A stretch of DNA of 63,943 nt, the filler included, from Actinomycetota bacterium (GTDB taxonomy: Bacteria > Actinomycetota > Actinomycetes > JAKEEW01): NCBI GenBank assembly GCA_046725875.1. It is 4 parts of 4 records of this genome, joined end to end, with 100 filler letters (N's around TTAATTAATTAA, not from the genome) between each part and the next. Parts side by side here need not be neighbours in the genome. Positions count along the whole stretch, not along the records: positions 1 to 30,723 come from JBKOZJ010000147.1; 3 more parts are not named here. The stretch is one strand, 5' to 3'. The translations under genes and the position numbers were made by a program. Positions 20,014-28,138 of the stretch are shown here, in pieces. Each line of letters starts with the position of its first letter. Positions within the stretch are counted from its first letter, which is position 1. The notes beneath the pieces were generated by a model that had not been told where the DNA came from, made no database searches, and worked only from the letters and a program-made list of their open reading frames with translations.

Positions 20014-21584
20014 TTCGTAGTAGATCAAAGCTGCAGCTCGAGCCCGCCACCGTGCGCAAGGCCCGCGCGCTGGCGAAGAAGGCCGGGCAGCCGATCGTCA
20101 AGCTCGCCCGCACGCATACGACGGTATCGGTTGAGCGTGCCGTGCTCCGGCTCGCCGGCCTTTCCGGCGCCGACGTTGAGGGAATCCCGTGGGTCAACCG
20201 CCTGGTCGACGCGGTCCGCAACGACGTCGGGCTCGAGCACGGCGTCGCGCTCCCGGTGTGGGACGCGCTCCTGACGAGCGGCCTGGATCTGGCCACGTTG
20301 GCGCAGAAGTCGGCGGCCGGGTCGGTGTCCTTTCGTGTCCCGGCGGGCCGCGAGGCCGAACGCGCAGCAAAGGCAGCAGCCAAGACCGTCGGCCGTGGCA
20401 TAGCGACGATCGACCGGCGGCGGGCCGAGCGGGAGCGGCTGGTGGCTCGCCTCGGCGACCCCAAGCAGAAGCCCTGGATCTACCTGATCGTCGCCACCGG
20501 TGACATATACGAGGACATTCCCCAGGCACAGGCGGCGGCCCGGGAAGGCGCCGACGTCATCGCGGTGATCCGATCCACCGGGCAGTCGCTCCTCGACTAC
20601 GTGCCGGAGGGCGCGACCCGCGAGGGCTACGCCGGAACCTACGCCACCCAGGAGAACTTCCGGCTCATGCGCGCGGCACTCGACGACGTGTCGAAGGAGC
20701 TGGGTCGCTATGTACGGCTGACGAATTATGCCTCGGGACTCTGTATGCCGGAGATCGCAACGCTGGCCGGGCTGGAGCGGCTGGACATGATGCTCAACGA
20801 CTCCATGTACGGCATCCTCTTCCGCGACATCAACCCCGTCCGCACCTTTGTCGACCAGCGTTTCTCAAGGCAGGTCCATGCCCGCGCCGGCATTATCATC
20901 AACACCGGCGAGGACAACTACCTCACTACCGCGGACGCGGTCGAGGCCGCTCACACGGTCACCGTGTCGCAGCTGCTCAACGAGTACTTCGCGAAAGAGG
21001 CCATGCTCGAGGACTGGCAGCTTGGCCTTGGCCATGCCTTCGAGATCAACCCGGACCTGCCGGAGTCGTTCCGGCTTGAGCTCGCCCACGCCCTGCTGGC
21101 CCGCGAACTGTTCCCGAACGCGCCGCTGAAGTGGATGCCGCCGACCCGGCACATGACCGGCGACGTGTTCCGTGGCTATCTGCTCGACGGGTTCTTCAAT
21201 CTCGCGGGCGCACTGACCGGGCAGGGCATCCTGCTCGTCGGCATGATGACCGAGGCGGTGGTCACCCCCTGGCTGTCCGACCGCGACCTCGCTCTGCAGA
21301 ACGTGCGGTATGTACTCAACGCCGCCGGCAACCTGCACGAGGACCTTCAGCCCGCGCCCGATGGGTTCATCGTGCACCGCGCACATCAGGTGCTCGCCGA
21401 GGCGGTGGATTTGCTCGAGCGGATCGTCGACGACACGTTGCTCGAAGCCGTCGCGGATGGCACGTTCGGGCTCATGCGGCGGCCGGCGACCGGCGGCAAG
21501 GGCCACGACGGCGTCGTGCGGCACGCGCCCGGCTACTACAACCCCGCGACCGGGATCCTCGAAGCCAAAGGAGTACGGACATGA
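20010..21584 (+). CDS. kamD: D-lysine/beta-lysine 5,6-aminomutase alpha subunit
   Basis: THTTVSVER, IVATGDIYED, IRSTGQSLLDYVP, NYASGLCMPEIA, YGILFRDIN, GEDNYLTT, MPPT; GTG start overlaps upstream TGA. Confidence 0.92.
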   Translation: MIRSRSKLQLEPATVRKARALAKKAGQPIVKLARTHTTVSVERAVLRLAGLSGADVEGIPWVNRLVDAVRNDVGLEHGVALPVWDALLTSGLDLATLAQKSAAGSVSFRVPAGREAERAAKAAAKTVGRGIATIDRRRAERERLVARLGDPKQKPWIYLIVATGDIYEDIPQAQAAAREGADVIAVIRSTGQSLLDYVPEGATREGYAGTYATQENFRLMRAALDDVSKELGRYVRLTNYASGLCMPEIATLAGLERLDMMLNDSMYGILFRDINPVRTFVDQRFSRQVHARAGIIINTGEDNYLTTADAVEAAHTVTVSQLLNEYFAKEAMLEDWQLGLGHAFEINPDLPESFRLELAHALLARELFPNAPLKWMPPTRHMTGDVFRGYLLDGFFNLAGALTGQGILLVGMMTEAVVTPWLSDRDLALQNVRYVLNAAGNLHEDLQPAPDGFIVHRAHQVLAEAVDLLERIVDDTLLEAVADGTFGLMRRPATGGKGHDGVVRHAPGYYNPATGILEAKGVRT

Positions 21585-22339
21585 GCGGGGCGGGTACTGC
21601 AAAGATAGTTCGCCCGTACGGTGACACAACCGGCGACGGCATGGTGCAACTGTCATTCACGCTGCCGATCCCGCACGACAAGCATGCGGAGGGGGCTGCG
21701 TTGCAGCTGGCGCAGAAGATGGGCATCGAGCGCGCCATGGTCGTCCACGCAAAGCCGATGGGTCCAGACTTCACGTTCTTCGTCGTGTACGGCCGAGTCA
21801 ACCATCTGGTCGACCTGTCCAAGGTCGAGGTGGCCGAGCGGGAGTATCCATTGCTTTCCGCCAAGCAGGTCAACGCCCTGATCAAGCGACGGCTCCGGCG
21901 CAAGCTCGCTGTTGTGGGTGCGTGCATCGGGACCGACGCCCACACCGTCGGCATCGACGCGATCCTGAATATCAAGGGATACGCGGGAGAGAAAGGCCTC
22001 GAGTATTACCGTGAGCTGCGAATCGTCAACCTCGGGGCGCAGGTGCCCGTGCCGTTTCTGCTTGAGCGCGCTCGTACGGAGAAGGCGGACGCCGTGCTCG
22101 TCTCGCAGGTGGTCACCCAACGCGACGCGCACCTGCATAACACGCAGGAAATGGCGGCCGCATTCCGAGCGGCCTATCCCGCGGACAAGCGGCCGCTGCT
22201 CGTCGTTGGTGGCCCGCGATTCGACGAAACAGCCGCATCCGAGCTTGACGTCGACCGCATCTTCGGCAAGGGCACCACACCTAGCGAGGTGGCAAGCTAC
22301 CTCGTCCACGCGCTCGTGATGGAACGGAGCGCGGCATGA
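21581..22339 (+). CDS. kamE: Lysine 5,6-aminomutase beta subunit (B12-binding)
   Basis: PYGDTTGDGMVQLSFTLP dimerisation domain, DAHTVG (DxHxxG), NIKGYAG PLP lysine. Confidence 0.92.
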   Translation: MSGAGTAKIVRPYGDTTGDGMVQLSFTLPIPHDKHAEGAALQLAQKMGIERAMVVHAKPMGPDFTFFVVYGRVNHLVDLSKVEVAEREYPLLSAKQVNALIKRRLRRKLAVVGACIGTDAHTVGIDAILNIKGYAGEKGLEYYRELRIVNLGAQVPVPFLLERARTEKADAVLVSQVVTQRDAHLHNTQEMAAAFRAAYPADKRPLLVVGGPRFDETAASELDVDRIFGKGTTPSEVASYLVHALVMERSAA

Positions 22340-22839
22340 CCGATGCCGAGGGCACCGGCGTGGCTCCTGTTGGAGCGACCGAGGCGCGGCGTCAAGTTGC
22401 AGCTCCAGCGGGTCCGGCCGAGGATCCGCGCGTAGGGATGACGGTGACGCATCGGCGCTATGTCCCGTACTCCCATTCTCATTATGGCGGGAACCTGGTC
22501 GATGGCGCCTACTCCCTCGGGCTCTTCGGCGATGTGGCAACCGAATTGTGCATTCGCACAGACGGTGACGAGGGGCTGTTGGCGTCGTATGACGACGTGC
22601 AATTCGTTGCGCCGGTGCAAGCCGGTGATGTCGTCGAGGTCTCGGCGACAGTCACGCGGGTGGGTCGCCGGTCGCGCGGTGTCGCCTTCGAAGCGCGGGT
22701 GGTCTGCCGCGCCCGACCCGATAAGTCATCTTCGGCCGGCGAGGTCCTGGATCCGCCGCTCGTCGTCACCCACGCCACTGGCACGGTCGTAGTTCCCGGC
22801 GGATCAAATCATGGCAACTCTGCCTTGAGATTGCACTGA
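22336..22839 (+). CDS. kal: 3-aminobutyryl-CoA ammonia-lyase (hotdog fold)
   Basis: HYGGNLVDGA, FGDVATELCIRTDGDEGL, GTVVVP. Confidence 0.85.
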   Translation: MTDAEGTGVAPVGATEARRQVAAPAGPAEDPRVGMTVTHRRYVPYSHSHYGGNLVDGAYSLGLFGDVATELCIRTDGDEGLLASYDDVQFVAPVQAGDVVEVSATVTRVGRRSRGVAFEARVVCRARPDKSSSAGEVLDPPLVVTHATGTVVVPGGSNHGNSALRLH

Positions 22840-23505
22840 ACTCGTCAGGCCGTGCTGCTACTCGACCCAATCAAAGATCGAAGTTGAGTGCGCCGGTGTG
22901 ACGCTTGTTGTGCGGATGGACAGTTCGACACTGGCCGTTCGGACAAATCTTGGCGCCGATGCGCGCGGCTGACCTGGCCGGAGGAGCGAAGCCCGAGGTC
23001 GGCAGGCTATTGACAGCAATGCCGTGGAGGGGCCAAGTTCTCCTATAGTCCACCGCAGGACGACCGGTCCGGCCGGCCTTGCGTGCCCGCGGAGGAACAT
23101 GGGCAGGGGCGGGGGCATCCGCCGCCCCGGGGTGCCAGGTCCACGTTCCTCGCGCAGACGGGGGATGCGGTCAGCAGTGGGGCGATACCGTACGAGTCGC
23201 CCGTCCGCTGGCCGCCGCTGCCACCCCTGGGCAGGCGACGGTTCTGACCGACACGGGGGTAGGACACAGGAGAGGCCCGCGCGCCCAGTAGACAACAGGC
23301 GCGGGTCCCGCAGCCAGCGGGATCGCGCCTGGTCCGAAGGGACGTGGGCTTCTCCCGTCCCAGTCCCGGGGCGAATGTCCACAGCTTCGGCATCGCGAAT
23401 GTCAGCCCATTGCGCAAGACCTGCTCGCCGACGCATGCGGACGGCGGCGGTAGCTCGATGTAATGCTGAAGTGTGCGAAGCTCCGGGGGCGCTTAGGCTC
23501 AAGGT

Positions 23506-24468
23506 GTGCGCGCAGCTGTGGTGACAAGGCTCGGTGCGCCTGAGGTCCTCGAAGTCCGCGACGAGCCGGCGCCGATCCCTGGCACTGGCGAGTTGCTGGT
23601 CGACGTCGAGGCCGCGGGCGTCAACTACCGGGACGTGTACGAGCGCCAGGGAGGCCGCGGCAAGTCCCCTCCGTTCGTGGCCGGTGTCGAGGGAGCGGGG
23701 ACGGTGACCGCGCTCGGCGAAGGGATCCATGACTTCACTGTCGGCGAGCACGTCGCATGGGCAGCGGCCCCGGGGAGCTACGCGGAGCAGGTCGTTGTCG
23801 CGGCGTCGCGAGCCGTCGCGGTACCTCCCGGAGTCTCGAGCGAGGGCGCGGCTGCCGCGATGCTGCAGGGGATGACGGCTCAGTATTTAGCGAGCAGCAC
23901 CTACCCGGTCCACCCTGGCGACGACGTGCTCATACACGCCGTCGGCGGAGGGGTGGGGACGCTTCTGGTCCAGGTCGTCAAGATGCGCGGCGGGCGCATC
24001 ATCGGAACGACCTCCACGGCCGAGAAGGCGCAGCGTGCGCGCGAGCTTGGCGCCGACGAGGTCATCGGATACGAGGGATTCGCCGATCGCGTCCGCGACC
24101 TCACGAGCGGACGCGGCGTCGACGTGGCCTACGACGGCGTGGGCAGGGCGACGTTCGACGGCAGTCTTGAGTCGCTTCGACCACGGGGCTTGCTCGTTCT
24201 CTTCGGCTCGGCCAGCGGCCCCGTCCCGGCGTTCGATCCGATGCGACTGGAGGACGCCGGATCACTCTTCCTTACGCGCCCGTCGTTGCGGCACTACACG
24301 GCGACCCGTGAGGCTCTCGTCGCCCGTGCTGATGTGGTCTTCCGCTGGATAGCGAACGGGGAGGTGGTGGTAGACATCGCCACCCGGTATCCGCTCGAGG
24401 AGGCGGGGCAAGCCCAGACGGATCTCGAGAGCCGGCGAACCAGCGGAAAGCTACTGCTTGTGCCCTGA
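23506..24468 (+). CDS. qor: NADPH:quinone oxidoreductase (zeta-crystallin/MDR family)
   Basis: AAGVNYRD, GVEGAG, LQGMTA, YDGVG, FGSASG, LFLTRPSL, GKLLL. Confidence 0.9.
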   Translation: MRAAVVTRLGAPEVLEVRDEPAPIPGTGELLVDVEAAGVNYRDVYERQGGRGKSPPFVAGVEGAGTVTALGEGIHDFTVGEHVAWAAAPGSYAEQVVVAASRAVAVPPGVSSEGAAAAMLQGMTAQYLASSTYPVHPGDDVLIHAVGGGVGTLLVQVVKMRGGRIIGTTSTAEKAQRARELGADEVIGYEGFADRVRDLTSGRGVDVAYDGVGRATFDGSLESLRPRGLLVLFGSASGPVPAFDPMRLEDAGSLFLTRPSLRHYTATREALVARADVVFRWIANGEVVVDIATRYPLEEAGQAQTDLESRRTSGKLLLVP

Positions 24469-24839
24469 ATCGGCGAGCGTCGGACCGGGAGAGTGCGCTG
24501 GTAGCTGCGCCTGCGCGGTCTGTACGTAGCCTGCTCGCCGGAAGCCTTGACCATTGCCCGATTGCCGCGATCACAGTCACGGCGAATTTCACTGGTCTCA
24601 CGGGCGAGCAGCCGTTCCGTGCGGCGCCCCACGAGCTGGGTGGGAAATTCGCGCGCCGCTGTTTAGGCACGACCAATCGTTTCAGAGTCGTGGGTCCTTC
24701 GCGCGCCACCCATGGAGCACAGCCACGGTCGCGACAGCCAGGTGGATCACCAGCCTACGGCCTAGTCTGATCTGGGGATGCCGAGCCAACAAACCAGCGG
24801 GCACCCGCCTCCGAGCCCCCAGCGAAGGCAGGACCACGA

Positions 24840-25306
24840 GTGCGTGACCCTGGAGCTAGCGTGCGTCCAGCGCGCGAGGACGAAGCCGCTGCGCTGGCCG
24901 AGCTGGCGCTGCGGGCTAAGTCACATTGGGGTTATGACCAAGCCTTCCTCGAGGCCGCGCGGGCGGACCTCACCATCGACGCGCAAACGATTCGATGGGC
25001 CCGCATCTACGTGATCGAGCACGCCGGTTTCCCCATCGGTTTTATGGTCTGCTTGGGGAGCCCCCCGAGGGGCGCCTCGAATGGATGTTTGTAGAACCGG
25101 ATGCGATCGGACACGGCTACGGACGCGTGATGTGGACCGATGCTCTGCAGCGAGCCAAAGAGGCGGGCTTCACTCAATTGCTCATCGAGAGCGACCGTTT
25201 TGCCGAGCCGTTCTATCTCGCGATGGGCGCCGTGCAGGTGGGTGCCACGGCGTCGCCAGTCGACGGCGCACCGCTGCCGCTCCTGAGGATCGACATAGCT
25301 ACGTGA
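24840..25306 (+). pseudogene. GNAT acetyltransferase with a single-base frameshift
   Basis: N-half (VRPAREDEAAALAELALRAKSHWGY...IGF) and C-half (YGLLGE...MFVEPDAIGHGYGR...FYLAMGA) are in different frames and join at GGTTTTATGG, ~25040. Confidence 0.8.
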
Positions 25307-25417
25307 GCCACGAACCAGCGGAGGAAGGCGGCGCCGACCTCAAATCGTCCGAGGGGGCATGACGCCGAGAACGGAAGCTCGCACCACACCGCTGCGGCCG
25401 GTGCGGATCGGGTGGCA

Positions 25418-26386
25418 CTAGCTCCCGCGGCCGGTCGCGATCGACGTCGTCGCGGACGTGGTCGCCGTCGCGTACACCTGGGCGAAGCCTTGTCGCCAGC
25501 TCGGGTAGCGGGGTGTCCAACCGAGTTCGCGTTTGGCTTTTGCATTCGAGGCGCCCCGGGCCTCCGTTCCCATCATGGCGGCTGATTCGCCGGCAAACAG
25601 CCGCGCGAGCCAGACGGGGAAGCGACGGGGCGGCTTCGCTCCGAGGGCGTCCGCGAGAACCGGAAGCCAGTCGCGCAGCGGCGCCGGCTCGTCATCGACG
25701 ATGTTGTAGATCGCCGGCCCGTCGTGCTCGAGCGCGAGCACAGTCGCTGCGGCGGCGTCGTCGAGGTGGATGAACGAGGAGACTCCGCCGCCGTTGCCCA
25801 CGACCGGAAACTGCCGCTTGCGCACCGGTTCGATAAGACCGTCATTGGGGGCACCGTAGAAGCTCCCATAGCGAAGCGCGATCCCGCCCGCGCCGGTTAC
25901 CGCGTCGTCGAGGTAGGCCATTGCCGTGGCGGTCTCCGCCATCCCCGCCACCGGAGCGGGGTCGAGGGGATCGTCCTCGGTCTTGACCGGCCCGCCCTCG
26001 CGCGCGTAGCGGAAGTTCGCAAAGCTCTGGGCGACGAACCGCGGGACCCCTCCCGCGCGCCCCGCGGCCAGGAGTGTGTCGATCCCCTCCCGTCGAAGCC
26101 GGTTGGTCCCCGCGAAGGTGCGATCCATGTTCCTGGAGAAGCGCACGTCCGCCAGTGCAGTGGCTTGGTGGATGATCGCGTCCGGCTCGCCCTCGAGGAC
26201 GGCCTTGCGCACTGCGGCCGGGTCGAGGAGATCGAGCACGACCGGCTCCGCTCCCAGGGCACGCATACGCTGGGTGTTGCCGGGCGAGCGGAAGGTGCCG
26301 ATCACTTCGTGCCCTCGTTCGACCAGCTGAGGAACGAGCCGGCTGCCGATAGCACCGCTCGCGCCAGTGACAAAGACTCGCATCAT
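25418..26386 (-). CDS. NAD-dependent epimerase/dehydratase (extended SDR)
   Basis: VFVTGASGAIG, LRYGSFYG, SFIHLDDAA, YNIVDDEP, NAKAKRELGW. Confidence 0.9.
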   Translation of the reverse strand: MMRVFVTGASGAIGSRLVPQLVERGHEVIGTFRSPGNTQRMRALGAEPVVLDLLDPAAVRKAVLEGEPDAIIHQATALADVRFSRNMDRTFAGTNRLRREGIDTLLAAGRAGGVPRFVAQSFANFRYAREGGPVKTEDDPLDPAPVAGMAETATAMAYLDDAVTGAGGIALRYGSFYGAPNDGLIEPVRKRQFPVVGNGGGVSSFIHLDDAAAATVLALEHDGPAIYNIVDDEPAPLRDWLPVLADALGAKPPRRFPVWLARLFAGESAAMMGTEARGASNAKAKRELGWTPRYPSWRQGFAQVYATATTSATTSIATGRGS

Positions 26387-26432
26387 GTTCTCCTGTCGTC
26401 ACAAGGGTGGGTTCTCGCGGGTCTATCCGTAT

Positions 26433-26459
26433 GACCCCTCATCGCGGAGAGATGTGACC
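26433..26459 (-). promoter_or_regulatory. ECF41-type promoter for the epimerase gene
   Basis: Minus strand GGTCACA-N16-GGTC versus ECF41 consensus TGTCACA-N16-CGTC; divergent from an ECF41 gene. Confidence 0.65.
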
Positions 26460-26460
26460 G

Positions 26461-27339
26461 ATGGACGAGCGCGACTGGCTGGCCGAGCGGTTCGAAGAGC
26501 ACCGCACCCGACTCAGGGCGGTGGCCTATCGGATGCTCGGCTCACTGAGTGAGGCGGATGACGCCGTTCAGGAGGCCTGGCTGCGGCTCAGCCGCGCCGA
26601 CCCTGGCCAGGTCGAGAACCTTGGCGGCTGGCTGACGACCGTCGTCGCGCGCATCTCGCTGAATATGCTCCGGTCACGGCGCGCACGCCGCGAGGAGCAG
26701 TTCGGCGTTTCCCTCCCCGAGCCGATCATCGACCGCCCGGACGGAGTCGACCCGGAACACGAGGCGCTGCTCGCCGACTCCGTCGGCCTGGCGTTGCTCG
26801 TCGTGCTCGACACGCTGTCTCCGGCCGAGCGGCTCGCGTTCGTGTTGCACGACATCTTTGCCGTGCCCTTCGACGAGATCGCGCCGATCGTCGACCGGTC
26901 ACCGGCGGCGGCGCGGCAGCTGGCGAGCCGTGCGCGGCGACGAGTGCAGGGCGCGAACCCGGTTCCCGACGCAGACATCGATACGCAGCGTGAGGTGGTC
27001 GGCGCTTTTCTCGCGGCCGCGCGGGAGGGTGACTTCGATCGACTCGTGGCGGTCCTCGACCCGGATGTGGTGCTAAGAGCTGACCTCGGTCCGGCGCGTG
27101 GAACGCTGGAGGTCCACGGCGCAGCCGCGGTCGCGGGTCGGGCCGGGCGCTACGCGCAGCTCGGGCTGGAGATGCGGCCGGCGCTGATCAATGGTGTCGC
27201 AGGCCTCGTGTCCTTCCGCCGCGGACAGCTGTTCTCGATCGGGGCCGTTACGGTCAGGAGCGGGAGGATCATCGAAATGGATATTCTCGCTGACCCCGAG
27301 CGGCTCCGAGAGCTAGACCTAACGGTCCTCGATGGCTGA
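26461..27339 (+). CDS. ECF41/SigJ-family sigma factor with C-terminal SnoaL-like domain
   Basis: AYRMLGSLSEADDAVQEAW, SLPEP linker (WLPEP-like), RQLASRARRRV, DPERL tail. Confidence 0.9.
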   Translation: MDERDWLAERFEEHRTRLRAVAYRMLGSLSEADDAVQEAWLRLSRADPGQVENLGGWLTTVVARISLNMLRSRRARREEQFGVSLPEPIIDRPDGVDPEHEALLADSVGLALLVVLDTLSPAERLAFVLHDIFAVPFDEIAPIVDRSPAAARQLASRARRRVQGANPVPDADIDTQREVVGAFLAAAREGDFDRLVAVLDPDVVLRADLGPARGTLEVHGAAAVAGRAGRYAQLGLEMRPALINGVAGLVSFRRGQLFSIGAVTVRSGRIIEMDILADPERLRELDLTVLDG

Positions 27340-27467
27340 GTCGACCTAACCGCGTTCTATCTGCTCTGCACGGCGTCTCCTCGAGCGGTGCTTGCGCCTC
27401 ACCGGAGGCCGGAAGAAGTCGCGTACGTCCGTGCCAAGGAGATCGGGTTGGTCTGCCTGAGCGGGCG

Positions 27468-27695
27468 CTAAGGCAGCGACCCTTGGTCGATCCAGTCGCG
27501 GAGGCGCTGCACCTGTTCGGTCGGCCAAGGTTGGTCGCATGGCATTGTTCCGTTGGCGAGCCGTTCGTAAATCGCCTCTGCGTTAGCGCGCACATCCTCG
27601 TACGAGGACAAGTCGAATGCGAACGACATCGACCCGATGTCCCTGTCACGGAAGAGGGGACGGATGTCCCTCGCGTACGTCAGCTCCTGGCCCAC
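27468..27695 (-). CDS. Small conserved-looking hypothetical protein (75 aa)
   Basis: GAGAGGAG RBS then GTG; DIRPLFR..D...M...FDL...V...A..I...L..G.MP.D..W.......WI. Confidence 0.7.
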   Translation of the reverse strand: MGQELTYARDIRPLFRDRDIGSMSFAFDLSSYEDVRANAEAIYERLANGTMPCDQPWPTEQVQRLRDWIDQGSLP

Positions 27696-27760
27696 ACCGG
27701 TTCTCCTCTCGAGCGAGCCGACCCTACGACTGCCGGGCTGGGCCGATCCCGTGCGATGAC

Positions 27761-28092
27761 GGTGCCGATGCAGGGGGCAGCACCGGTGCGGCGTCGTGTA
27801 GGAAAGTATGACGCTCGGCCCGCACCAGGGTGCCCTGGGGAAGCGAAGCGCACGAAGGTCAACCAAACGGCGACGCTGAGCGGCATTCGGCCTGGGATAC
27901 TCACCTCGTGGAGGGCGGCGGGCGCCGTCGCCACGGTCTGCTCCAAAATGATTGGAACAGGGCCACCCTCTACCTGGCGGCTCGCTTGGCGAAGGTGCCG
28001 ACCAGTATGACGGCGTGCAATCGACCCGCTCACCATGCGATGTCGTGGCGCATCCGGTCGTTGTACGGTCGAGCAGACCGGTTGGGTTGACC
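27761..28092 (+). ncRNA. Candidate large structured RNA or leader upstream of lnt
   Basis: Nested helices 27785-91/27820-26, 27857-64/28085-92, 27869-75/27926-32, 27934-43/28071-80, 28000-11/28060-70; G-U pairs favour the + strand. Confidence 0.5.
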
Positions 28093-28138
28093 GACGGCCC
28101 TGGTCACCCGTACACGATCTCGATCAGGAGTGCAGACT

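Noticed and set aside
19356..21580. N-terminal extensions of kamD (from 19356) and kamE (from 21131) as fusions
   Set aside because: The extensions overlap upstream genes in another frame; family similarity begins at GTG 20010 and ATG 21581
23024..23500. ORFs in the kal-qor gap
   Set aside because: No frame gave a protein-like motif; composition is low-complexity Arg/Pro/Gly
25418..27339. ECF41 sigma plus epimerase as a novel system
   Set aside because: Association of ECF41 with epimerase/oxidoreductase genes and its promoter motif is established; listed as features only
27761..28092. RNase P, tmRNA, SRP or tRNA identity for the structured region
   Set aside because: It lacks GAGGAAAGUCC, tRNA-like acceptor/T-arm ends and the SRP domain IV motif
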